Position numbers and translations under genes: made by a program | The notes under the pieces: model-generated | Database searches by the model: none | Told to the model about the DNA's origin: nothing | What the model saw: the letters and a program-made list of their open reading frames with translations, nothing else | Origin: Laetmonice hystrix | Lineage: Eukaryota | Direction of reading: 5' to 3' | Assembly (NCBI GenBank): GCA_965235115.1 | Contig: OZ249436.1 | Span: 41,232,001-41,296,000, forward strand | DNA: 64,000 bases | In this document: positions 12,701 to 24,240 of the stretch, piece by piece | How positions within the stretch are numbered: position 1 is the stretch's first letter | Layout of the letters: every line of letters starts with the position of its first letter

Positions 12701-15393
12701 ATGTAAGCCTCCTTATGCAAGAAATAGTGACATGGCAAAGAAATCCTTAGATCTGCTTTTGACAGGCGAGAACACAGACATGGTGTTTGAAATTGTGATG
12801 GTTCAAGGTACGTAATCATCATGATTCTTATACTGATGATATGTGTTTTAGTATGAAAGAACAGTTATGGGTACCGAAGTAGTCCAAGTTATTATTTGCA
12901 GCTCCTGTACTTCTGTTGAAAAAACTAACACGTATGCTTCTGGAGATATCAACATGAAAGTGCAGAGTTGCAGCACTGAATTTTCTGTGATCTGTTGGTG
13001 TATTGTTTTCAGAATCTGGAGACCTGGTGATTGACCACACGTCGGGAGAGTCTTACGCACGAGCTGACCGTCAGAAGGAGGTGGATATCATCAAGGTTCC
13101 CGCCCACTGTGTTGTGATCGCATCACGCTGTGATTGGTTCAGACGGGCCCTACTGAGTGGAATGAGGGAGTCTATAGATAAGTAAGTCACTTAAAACTGG
13201 ACAAAGTAATGGCCACACTTTGGACAGAATATATTGGGCATGTTATTCATGCCATAGGGTCCGGAATAGTGATGTGCATATAAAAAGTCATGATTTTACA
13301 TCTCTATTAGGATGAGGCGATGCTACCTTGAAAGTGATTGAATTACAAAAAAAAAAAATGAAAAAAAAAAAGATTTTATATCTCGGTGGGCTTTAGGCCT
13401 ACTTATTTACTCTAATTCTACCTGTTTCAAGGTAAATACTGAATAAACGGGTCAGAGTGTAAAGTTTGTAAATCAGGTTGGATTCTCAGTTATGGTTTAT
13501 TCATACTTTGGCTGTTTTACCTCAGGAAAATCACCGTACACGATACCAACCTGGCACTGTTCCGGCAGTTTCTCCAGTATCTCTACTGTGGACAACTCGA
13601 CACGTCGGAGATGAAAACAGAACAGTTGGCTGACCTCATGGCCCTTGCAGACCGATACGAGGTAGCCTTTAAAAGGACTGATTAATATCTGATTTGTTGA
13701 TATCAAAATTTGTATTTATAACTAAAGTCAAGGGTGCTGCATTTTACTTAAATTTCAGAGTATTTCCAGTGTGGGAAAAATATCAAGTTATCCAATGTTG
13801 GCCAGCAAGTCCCTGAACATTTGTATGTGTACGTTGAATGGCTGAGTGTGCAGTGATATTTTTGTATGTGTACGTTGAATGGCTGAGTGTGCAGTGATAT
13901 TTTTGTATGTGTACGTTGAATGGCTGAGTGTGCAGTGATATTTTTGTATGTGTATGTTGAATGGCTGAGTGTGCAGTGATATTTTTGTATGTGTATGTTG
14001 AATGGCTGAGTGTGCAGTGATATTTTTGTATGTGTATGTTGAATGGCTGAGTGTGCAGTGATATTTTTTTTCAAACAGATGGATAGCCTGAAGAGTGTAT
14101 GTGAACACACGCTCCAGCATCTGCTTGACGAGGACAGCGCTCTCTTCTTGCTCAGTCTAGCCGACCAGTTCCATGCGGCCAAACTGAAGGTGTGTAGTTC
14201 TCATGATGACTCGAACAGATACAACACAGAACTTTAAGTGAAGCCAGTGACAGGGTCAGACCAGTATAGTAAGAAGTGTCATGGAGGATGGATTACCAAA
14301 AACTTGCGTGCCTAAGTTGGAGTGAAGTGCTGTTTGTTATTCAGAAATTGTTTATGTTATTTAAAAAATATGACGGAATGATGAATATAGACTCAGCAAT
14401 GTTTACTCTTGTCAGTGACCAGAGAATGAAAATATATTGAAGGTTAATGTGTGACTATTTGTGCAGAGTGCAGCACTAGCTTTCACCCGCGATCATCCGG
14501 GCATGGTCGACAGTGAAGTTTTCGAGGACCTCCCTGGACACCTCCAGGCAGAAGTGGAGGAGGCAGTAGCATGGAATGAGTAGGGCAACTTTACCTAATG
14601 CACCAACTACCTCTGACATAATGTAACGCTTAATGTTAAACCTTTAAAATGGAGGTCTTTATTTCAGGAAATAATTGGCAGTACATGTACTTTCTGTAAA
14701 GTCTTGTCGACCGTCGACCGTATTACATGAATTTGATACATCTCATAGTATGAATGCATCCTAATTCTTATATTTCTAGTTATAATAAATACAAGATGTG
14801 TCATTGGTTTACAGCTTAGAACCTCGAGGTCACCCACTGAGTGGTCACTCTCACACAGAGACCCCCAGCACTATGTCCAGTGTCAGTGAAATGGACGACC
14901 TCATGACAACCCTGGACCTCCGAGACAGGGTAAGTCACGGGGCGGGGAGGACACGGCACAAACATAGAACATAAACTGACAGATTGGATGACTCATGGGG
15001 GCCGTCACAAATCATGAGAGGGGAGGAGTTTGGCAGTGCAGTAGTATTAGCGAAACATTCTTAGGGCGGAGCTGTAAGATTTAAGTGGAAGGGTGATCGA
15101 GTGAGTACAGATTGTGAGGTATCTAACAGAGTCATATATCATGTAAACATTTTGTCACAGATTTATGACATCTATATTCTTTTTGGTTTCTAAACAAAAT
15201 TCAGAACAACCCGTCTACCTCAAGTTCCATGGAGGAGCTTGACTTCATCGAGGATGCCACCCGGCTGGAGTCCTGCCTTTCTGCTCTGCGTGACATTGTG
15301 GGTGATTCGGTACCGAGGGAGGAGCTTGTCCGAGTTGCCTTGGCAGCAGATTACGACATCAATCGAGCTCTCAACTTTTTCTTCTCAGCATAG
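3744..15393 (+). CDS. 22-exon gene: double BTB/POZ protein with BACK-like helices, lipocalin-like N-terminus and C-terminal HBS1-N-like UBA/CUE domain (about 881 aa)
   Basis: GT-AG exons, all phase-compatible, 2646 nt in total: 3744-3779, 3875-3927, 6866-6959, 7160-7228, 7492-7557, 7799-7903, 8082-8334, 8636-8809, 9068-9167, 10704-10815, 11114-11272, 11499-11581, 11738-11813, 11939-12043, 12251-12451, 12681-12807, 13013-13181, 13526-13661, 14079-14189, 14467-14579, 14815-14929, 15205-15393. BTB1: FADVIIKADSGKEFKVHSTIL..VLEAIFHYLY. BTB2: PAHCVVIASRCDWFRRALLSGMRES..FRQFLQYLYCG..LADRYEMDSLKSVCE..LADQFHAAKLKSAAL. C-terminus: LESCLSALRDIVGDSVPREELVRVALAADYDINRALNFFF. Confidence 0.9.
4505..5335. 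repeat. Dispersed repeat with a second, internally shorter copy at about 27927-28305
   Basis: Shared blocks such as CAGGGACTGACATCGCNGGTCGTTAAAACTATACCTCCAATG and GGCCCGAGATCCAGGCCCCCTTCTTAGATA..TTTGAAAAATCACCTGAA. Confidence 0.75.
5720..6106. mobile_element. MITE with 14-bp TIRs and internal GGGCACCACGGCA repeats
   Basis: CAGGCCTCGAATTA ... TAATTCGAGGCCTG. The TSD is not clean (GGCTTG vs GGCTTC). Confidence 0.7.
9370..10728 (+). repeat. 53-bp minisatellite, about 25 units, overlapping the intron 9 / exon 10 junction
   Basis: Unit CAGTAATATTTGGTCCTGTTTCCA(A/G)ACTACCAGTGTTTATGAACCAGTTACAT; period 53 (9432 to 9485). Confidence 0.95.
13821..14068 (+). repeat. 41-bp minisatellite, 6 units, in intron 18
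   Basis: Unit TTTTTGTATGTGTA(C/T)GTTGAATGGCTGAGTGTGCAGTGATA. Confidence 0.95.
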
Positions 15394-18300
15394 TGAAAAC
15401 CATCCATTTCCAGTGAAGTGCCGCGAGGGATGTGCTGCCTTGAGGCTGATAAATCGGTCATGGCAACATGGTAGAGACCTGTTAATATCATTAGATATTA
15501 TTATTATTATTATTATTGTTATTATCATGACGATTGATATTGTTAGTTTTATGACTGGAAGCTGGCTATATGTAACGAGCGTTCCTGATTCAGTGCACGT
15601 CACTGATAGTTACTGTACAGAGACAGTAAACTGCAGACTTTGAACAGAGAGTTTGTAAAGTGATTGTTGTTTGAAGACAGACACAGAGGGCAGAATGGGA
15701 CAGGATCAAACCGGATCATTCACTGACTCCCTCGCTTGTGAATAACTTCACCCAGATTGAACGTAACTAACCTAATCTGAGGGTTGTGAACTTGTTCGAA
15801 TCTTAGGACAAAAAGTATTTATTTTAGTCATAATCTCTTCACAGGTTCTTAGGCCTAGGCCATGGCCTGTTATTAGGATTATTGAAATATCTTCCTTACA
15901 GTGAAGGCATGGTGAGACAGTAGTTGTCATAGAAATCAGAGACGATTTTAAGTCTCACCTAAATTTCCATCTTACTGTGTAATTCACAGAGGTTTAGTTG
16001 TCACCACTCATTAGGCTACTTTATTACTGTATTTATTAACTCGTTAAAACAAGTTCCTCTCCGTCTGTACAGACTCAGTAGACTACCGGATGATGACATA
16101 TTGTGCAATGTGATAAGTATTTAATTAAGAAGAGTTGGCGATGGTATAATGTTGACCCTCGTCTGGTCAAGTTTGGACCGTGGTTGGTCCTGTACAGTAA
16201 GGTCATGACAACGAGGCTTGTGTTGTTGAACCCCTCCACCAGATGGCGTCCTCTACTGCTGGCGGTTTGATTCGATTTGAGGGGATGTTGATAAGAGACA
16301 ACCAGGTGCGATATGTACGTTTCTAAGGCTGGGCCGAATGGCATGATATGATAGGCAATATCATATGAAGCTAACGATATCATTACGTAAATGCGATCCT
16401 CAGTGTTATGATAGCATCCACTGTGCAACAAAAAAATGCAATTTTTAACCAGCAATATTGATGAGGTTCTTAAAATCATGGAAACTGATGCATTCTAGAT
16501 TTTTAATAGAAATTGTTTCGATGATATTTGTAACGCGCTCAGAAATTGTTCCGATGATATTTGTAACTCGCGCTCTTGATGGTATGATCTCAGCGTAGGG
16601 AGTTTAGTTTCTGTGAGATTTTCTCTTAAAATTCCCATTCTATTTCATCTGCCATTTTTCTTTGAAGATTCAAACCATTGACCTTGGCAGATTTGATCTA
16701 ATTGTAATAAAGATTGATACCTCCTGGCGATATGCATTGTTTCTTTCAGTTACCAATTGTTCCTAGTAGGAGAATGTTAGGAGATTGTAGCTGTTAGTTC
16801 CTATAACTTCTTAGTTCTCTACTGATATTCCGAAAGCTGTCACATGAAAGAGGCCATGTTAATTAAGCAGAATGGTGCCATCGTAACGGAAAACAAAAGA
16901 TAGACTACAGAACAGCAGCTTATGTATCCTACTCCACATTAGCTAGGTCCTTTATTTTGCGAACATTAAAACTTTTGAGTGCCGTGTTACTAATATAAAA
17001 TATATATGTATAAGGGGATGTAAATGTTAATGATCACATGTAAATACATGTATTTCAAGAACAAAGTTACCTAGAACGGAAAACATATTTCCTTTGTCAT
17101 CTCGCAGTATTACGTTTGAATGTTCGTCTCGCAACTCATAATCCTTAAAATTAACTGCATTTACAAAAATTGCAATTTATATTTTGTTTTGTCTGTGACA
17201 AAAGTTAGCCAGCATTGAGAATAAACCACTTGCCTACAGAAATGGAGGTTTCTGTCTGACCCAGCATGTTGATCTTTATGCTGTAGTGGTGATTACTGAT
17301 ACGTAATTAGGTGATATTGTTTTATGAGAAGGCATTGGTTTCAGACTGCGCATCTTGCTAGATGCTGTTTGAGATTTCCTTGGTTTCACCGGTAACTAGC
17401 AGTGGATTAGGCACTGAATGAAAGAGTTGTTAAATGGCCAGTGGCAGGCATGTCTGAGCCAAACGTGAGAAACATGTACTGGGAGATGTTAGCTACTCAC
17501 CGTAAGATCCTTTCTTGATGTTTCATGCCTGCACAGTCTCAACATTTGAGTAATATGCCACAGATAACAGTCAGTGAGTAGCTAATCTAGTAAACCATCA
17601 GAAAGAGAAATAAGGATTGTATCTTCCTGTACGTACTTGATACAAACGCTTCATAAAATTATTCATCTGTGCCAAACATGTAAACAGAGAAACCTAACAA
17701 TGAATAATTCGAGTTGCAGGGTATTCCATATTTCTATATTCATAAAGAACAGGGGGATCACCCACAGTTTTTCTGAAATATCTGTAGGTATACGACGGTT
17801 ATCAAGAAAGGTTTGCTATAGGTTGAGTACAAAGGTCGAGAATGTCCAACTTGTATGGAAATTACTAATTGATACGCTACAATATAATGTTTGTATGAAA
17901 CTGTTGATCCAGTCAGTGGAGACCCCATACGCATGTTCTCTACTTCAAAAGAAGAGAGAATTTTGTTGGTCTCTCCAAGAAGAGAGTTTTCACCCAGCGT
18001 GGCTGAGATAGATAAGTCCCTAGATTATTAGCCAATCCCAGAGCGTTAAGGTTAGGTTTAGGGTTAGTCTCAATTTGAAGAAGGAATTCTCCACCAATTG
18101 CGCCCACCCACGTTGGGTGAAAGTCTTGAAGGAGAGACCAAAAGATTTCTCTCTTCTTGAAGAAGGAGAGAACATGCGGCTGACGTGAAGAGTTAACCCC
18201 CATAAATTCCGTGTATCTTGGTTGGTTGACAAAACTTACTTCGCAACGTTGTCTACCGTTGTGTAAAAATTGTCAGAAATCAAAGGCAGACCGCAGTACT

Positions 18301-19600
18301 CTTTCCCCAGGGTCAGATATATTTACGTCTGAGAGGTTTTAGGGAATCAAATAACGGTACACACAGTGGCATCCCCAAATCAGACCCACATCTGTTTAAA
18401 ATCCCTTATATAACGGAATTTTTTTCTGGGTTTTACCAAAGGCATTGTACTTAAAAAGGTCAGGTTACTTACAAGACTGAAATGGTGGAAGCCATTATGA
18501 GTGACGTCAGTCGAGGAGTTATACTTGATTGGTATCTTTAAGGGCATTGTTTACTTGGAGTTTAAGGTACGATCATGTGAGGCTAACACTCGGTCACCGA
18601 TTGTGCTCCACTGGTGTCTTTCATACACACCCTGTTAACCGTAACTTTGGATTGTTATATAGAGTCTCAATGAATGTCTCGGTCCGTCAAGCAGGGTAAT
18701 AGCACTTTGGTTAGTTTAAACAGACTTTGCACTATCTGAGCCACACTTGCCGTACGATGTAGTTCAGTCACAAGTTATGAAAGAAACCCAACAAAATCAT
18801 CCCACTACGATTGGAAACCCGTCTTTATTCACACTACGATGGAAACGGGTTTGACACCCACCAATTTCTGTAAGCCTTTTCTTCATTCGGTCAGTTAGAA
18901 TCATGAATCCGAACTCTGGCTGTCCACATTAAATAGGACGGTCAGCCGCCCATGGAGCTTTTGAAACCATTAAAATATGTTCATATTAATTTTGTTTTGC
19001 ACGGAGAGCAGTCATCCAGTTCAACAGACGAATGTGTGTAAAATGGCAACTCTAAGTTATTCTTCTCATGTGATATTACTTTAGATTATTCTGTGTGTTA
19101 AAACGGTCCATGGAATCAACTCGTGTATTTGAGGTATTCTTTGGTCATGCATAACCTGTGTTCAACATTTAACTGGCAGCCTGAATGAAATCAGCAGCTG
19201 GAGAGACGTTCTGCTTTTCTGCTGTTTCAGGAAAGAAAACCAAGAAATCGATTGACTGCACATCACAGAAACAGCAGGCCGTCTTCTTTTCATTCATTCA
19301 TTATTGCTTAGGCCACGTGCTTGATCTGTGACTTACTTTCAAGATGTCCAGAGGCTTATGATGAACTTGAAACAAATTTTAACGATTGTTTCAGATACCT
19401 GGAAGTATGAATCGGATGTTTTGTATATTTATTGAAACATATCGAAGGCGTTTTTTTTAACCTGAAACATATCCCGCTTCAGCAGGTCTAGAGAAAAGAA
19501 CACTTTGATTTACGAGTTCTATCATCGTATGGGCGGTGACTGTTGTTTATGTGAAAACTTTGTTTATTGTCATTAAATATTCCAACTGAACAAGAATAGG
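15394..19600 (+). other. Probable long 3' UTR of the BTB gene
   Basis: TE-poor stretch after the stop codon. Candidate polyA signals: AATAAA at 17220-17225, and ATTAAA at 19572-19577 followed by a T/GT-rich tract (about 19606-19640). Confidence 0.4.
17930..18178. repeat. Imperfect inverted repeat (about 70-bp arms), MITE-like
   Basis: 17930-18002 pairs with 18108-18178 (CGCATGTTCTCT..TCACCCAGCGTGG / CCACGTTGGGTGA..AGAGAACATGCG). Confidence 0.8.
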
Positions 19601-20023
19601 TTGACTTGCTTTTTCTTTCCTTTTTTGTTTTATTTTTGTGCTATCTGTTGTAGTTGAGAATTGCCAGACACCAACATGTGGCGTTTAGCCTACATTAGAA
19701 TTACTGCCCAACAATTGACCATCTCTGGGAGATCAAACTGATGGAACGTTAACCTGGTTGTGACCAGGTACTCGAACAATTAAGGCATTCTATTATATTC
19801 ACATAAGGACCCTCTTGTCTCACATCGCATTTAATCGAATAAAGCATGCCTCCCGCAATCAGACTTCCGCAGAGCCACTTTGGGGTTGGCCGGTTAGTGG
19901 CGCACGGCTCTGGTAGGGTGCGCTAGCGCCCAGCGGAACCCTTAGACACTATTATCAGGACACAACTTTAACTTCGGTCATCAGACCGTGTTGTGAATAC
20001 ATATTTCCTGAATAAAGATGTGC

Positions 20024-20057
<34 letters not shown>

Positions 20058-21445
20058 TGTGGTTTGGAGCCGTCAGGTGGCAGGGCGATCAGCCAATCCA
20101 GGGACCTGCAGGGGCCTGTTTCTCGAAAGCGTCGTATGAGCATATAGAATGATGTGTAGTGAGAGGGATCGCCGGTCATCCCTACTGTTCCAAGCCTCAG
20201 AGGTGCTGTATGCCGCAGGCAAATGGACCCCATTTTCCCCCTTTTCCCTGTTTTAATGCATGACCCGTAGATTCCTGGGGCCTGTTTCTCGAAGGTGTCG
20301 TAAGTTCAACACTTACGCAAGGATCGCGCAAGGCATTACGAATGGCATAAGTCATGGCGTAAGCTGGTTTCTCGAGAGGTACTTACGCAAGACCTAACCT
20401 GAGGACTTGGGCATAACAGGGCACTGTAATGACACACTAGGTGGCGTCAAAAAGAGGTCAAATAAGTGCGTTTCCATGGCAATCTATTGTCATTGAAATA
20501 GCTTCACCAGTTCGAAGTGGCCAACACATGAGAGGGAGGTCTGGGGACAGGGGATAGACTGTGTATAAAAATCAGTCACGCGGTGGTGCATATAATCTTT
20601 CTGGGGGTAAATCAGAGGTACAAATTAGAAATGAACATAAGAATTGTCTCTGACATAAGATGTTTGTCCATTATTTTGAACAAGAGTAGCCCATAGTACG
20701 ATAGTGCATTCAAATGACACAAATTCATTAATACGGTACCAAATGTCGTTATCAGTAAAGCGATAAGTTTATATCTCTCTCATTTTCCTGTTTTATGTAT
20801 AGTTTATGTTCGATTCCGTCAGATTCATGACAATAATGTTCATCGTTTTTCAATGTAGCAAAAGATGCTACATTGAGGAAAATCAAAGTAAAATTAAGTT
20901 TACTGCTAGCACCTTTCTACCCATAATTTGGACTTAGATTGAGTATAGGCCTACATGTCTTTTAACCTGCCCAACTTTTCCCTGCTTCACTGGTCAATGG
21001 TCACTTTCCACAAACCACTCAGAATCGGTTGCGTACGTCACCTCTGATGAAGGACCCAAACTTCGGAAACCACCCTTAGGCCTAACAAATTCTGTCAGAT
21101 ACGCCACTGGAAGAATAGGGGTTTTGTTGTCTTTAAGTGTTGTTTTCCCCTCCCGTTTGCTATATACTCGGTTTGGTTTCCCCCTCCCGTTTGCTATATA
21201 CTCGGTTTGGAAACTAAAAACATTCAAATGGCAAGGCCAGTTGATCAAATAGGCCTACTCCAGTTTATCGGCGTATGACAGTCTAAAGGCCCGGTATACA
21301 CAGGATGCGTAGAGTCTGTTCGTCACGTCACCGCCACTACACGATTTTTCCGCATTTGTCAAAGACACCGGCCAGACAGGATAGATCTACGTGTCCGTCA
21401 CGTCTCCGTCAATAGAGAGTTTTGATATACGGTTAGTGAGACGCT

Positions 21446-21577
21446 TATGGCAAGCGGAATGGGTAAATCCAGATAAACAGTGTTTATCGATCGAAAAACA
21501 CTGTTTATCGATGGATAAACACTGTTTTTAGATCGATAAACACTGTTTATCGGGATTTACCCATTCCGCTCGCCATA
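21446..21577. mobile_element. Short palindromic MITE with TAT..ATA ends; related copies at 27300-27605
   Basis: TATGGCAAGCGGAATGGGTAAATCC ... GGATTTACCCATTCCGCTCGCCATA, with internal GATAAACACTGTTT repeats. Flanks GACGCT / GACGTT form a near 6-bp TSD (IS3EU-like signature). Confidence 0.75.
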
Positions 21578-22564
21578 GACGTTTACTGCCGGGAACAGAC
21601 TATAGGGCGATCGATGTCGATCGCTTGGCCATTTTTGCATCGCTTGGTTGTCGCCTGTGTCATCGCCGCAGTCTGGGCGCTCAGGCGATGATTTGCACTT
21701 CATCGACTGACCATCGGCAGTCATCGCCCATCAAAGCGATGGCATTTTATGGAACAGACCAAGGCGATCGATGGACCAATTCTGCCATCGCTTGCGTGTC
21801 AGTACATCGCTCTGTCCTCGCTTAGTCATCGCCCCAGTGTGGGCGTCCAGGCGACAGGGTTATTCCGTCGACTGAAGGTATCGCCGAGCCAAGCGATAAT
21901 ATCAAAACATTGTGATATTATCGCTTCATCGCACAGCTACTAATTGGTTACTCAATTTTCGATCTTTGACTTTAAAATAGTATTAGTTTTACCAAGACCA
22001 AGATATTGGATATTTTAATAATACAGACTGTTTTAAACATTATAAGGTTTGTTTGTCGTTTTATTTTATCCCCAAACTAGTCAGGTTGTGGGCTTGCCGT
22101 GCGTCGGGAACAGGTCTACGTACATTCTAGAAAACGATAACAGACGTGTAGGCATATGAAAATACATGTACATGTATAATGTATGGCAAGGAAATCATAT
22201 GAGATCTTTCATTTCCGACCATTAGATGTGACGTAACGTGATGTATAACGTGACGTGACGTCACGCACGTCTCAAGAGGTCTCAAGACGTAAATGCAGGT
22301 CCGATCGACCTGCCTTCCCGTATAAGTCCGACGGACCTGCATTCCTAGGATTATTTAAATATTCCTTCATAATCCATTTGTAATTTCTTGATTATATTGT
22401 CATATACCAAGTTGTGACCTAGGACCTGCATAACCAGGCAATCCAGGTCCAGGGGACCTCCATTCCAGAAGACCTCCATTCCTTTGACTGACGCCGACTA
22501 ATTTGACTAACTTTACTATTGATCATAAATAGCAAACCATAAGTGATCTTTCATTTCCGACCAT

Positions 22565-23170
22565 GAGATGTGACGTAACGTGACGTATAATGTAATGTAT
22601 AACGTCTTGTGGCGTGTGATGTAAGGTATAACGTCATACGTCACGTACATACATCACGTGTGACGTGTGACGTAACGTGTAACGTCACGTGACCTGTGAC
22701 GTAACCTATAACGTCATACGTCATGTATGCCACGTGACGTGTGACGTAACCTATAACGTCATGTGGCAGTGCCGTAACATATAACGTCACGTGGTATGTG
22801 ACGTAACGTATGTCATTATGTCACGTATAACGTCATGTGTCGTGTGACGTACATATAACGCCATACGTGACGTAACGTATAACGTCATACGTGACGTGTA
22901 ATACGTCACGTAACGTATCGTGTAACGGCATAGGTAGTTGTAATGTCACGTGACGTGTGGCGTTACGTATAACGTCATACGATGTAACGTAGGCCATACG
23001 ACCTAACACGACGTAACGTAAAACGTCAGACGTCATGTGACGTAACGTGTAATGTCACGACATGTGACGTAATGTATAACGTCACATATAATGTCACATG
23101 GCGTGTGACATCACGCATCACATAACATGACGTGCAACATCACGTGACATATCACGTCACGTGACATGTG
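22565..23170. repeat. Degenerate ACGTCA/GTGACGTAAC-rich low-complexity array
   Basis: Dense repeats of GTGACGTAACGTATAACGTCA variants; the pattern resumes at about 24270-24320 after the nested insertion. Confidence 0.8.
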
Positions 23171-23191
23171 AAGTAAAGGGGCATATACAAT

Positions 23192-24240
23192 TGTAACAAC
23201 CCACTTTAAAAAAATTACGCACTTTGAAAATTTTTTTTAAAGCGCGTTCACATTTGGAACCAACTCAACGCACTTTGAAAAAAATTTTTTAAAGTGCGTT
23301 AAACTTTTGGTCCACCTCAACGCACTTTGAAATTTTTTTTCAAACTGCGTTAAAAAAGTACATTCGTGGCACTGCCTTTACCTATTTCTTGTCATATACG
23401 GCTATTTTATAATTTTTAAAAATAGAAATTCCAGCTCGGTTATGCATTCATTAATGGGATAACGAGGTGTTTTTGTTGAAAATTGGCAGAAATTAGCATT
23501 CGATTCAAGGCAAACTGGACAGACTAAAAAGAACCTCAAAATTATCGGATCATCCATGTTGTGACATTTCCGTCGGGATCAGGGGTCGTGCTGCTCGTCG
23601 TATAGGGTAGTGGTTTTTGGGGTCGTCGTCTTAGTGAATCGCCTTAGTCGATATGGCCCCAAGGATGTTTTAGGAATTTCTCGCTGACAATGCCCATGAC
23701 AAAATTGTCTCAATGGTAAAACTGTATCATGTTCCGTTATCTATAATGCATGAACCAGTCTTGGGACTTAAACAGCTTCCATTGATCATGGCAGCGCCCG
23801 ATTATACATTCGAGGCGTTTTTCCTTGAAAAGCCCAAGTTGGGATTGTATAGGCCTATAGATCCTGACTGTTTTCCTGGCATCTGAGAGTCAGCTAAAAA
23901 TTGCAAAGGTCTTCATTGAAATAAGTGATGTAGGGCCTAAAGTCAGACCGTTTTTTCCATGCGTGGGGCTCTTAGGCTGTCTACGAAGAACATTCATGTC
24001 AAATGCAAAAGCCACCATGAACCAATCTTTCTTTAAGTTAAATTTTTCAAAGGGCGTCACGATTGTTGTTTTTAACGCACTTTGAAAAAAATCCTTTTTT
24101 TTTCAAAGTGCGTTGAGGTGGGCCCACAGTTTAACGCACTTTGAAAAAAAAATTCAAAGTGCGTCGAGTTGGTCCCAAATGTTAACCCACTTTGAAAAAA
24201 TTTTTCAAAGCGCGTAATTTTTTCAAAGTGGGTTGTTACA
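23192..24240. mobile_element. Non-autonomous element with TGT..ACA termini and about 170-bp modular TIRs
   Basis: TGTAACAACCCACTTT ... AAAGTGGGTTGTTACA. TIRs are built from AACGCACTTTGAAAAA..TTTTTCAAAGTGCGTT palindromes. Flanks TACAAT / TACCAT. Confidence 0.85.

Noticed and set aside
13748..14182. Minus-strand 144-aa and 110-aa repetitive ORFs
   Set aside because: Translations of the 41-bp intronic minisatellite.
15239..15643. 134-aa ORF with a poly-Ile hydrophobic stretch
   Set aside because: Wrong frame of the last BTB exon plus an (ATT)n microsatellite in the UTR.
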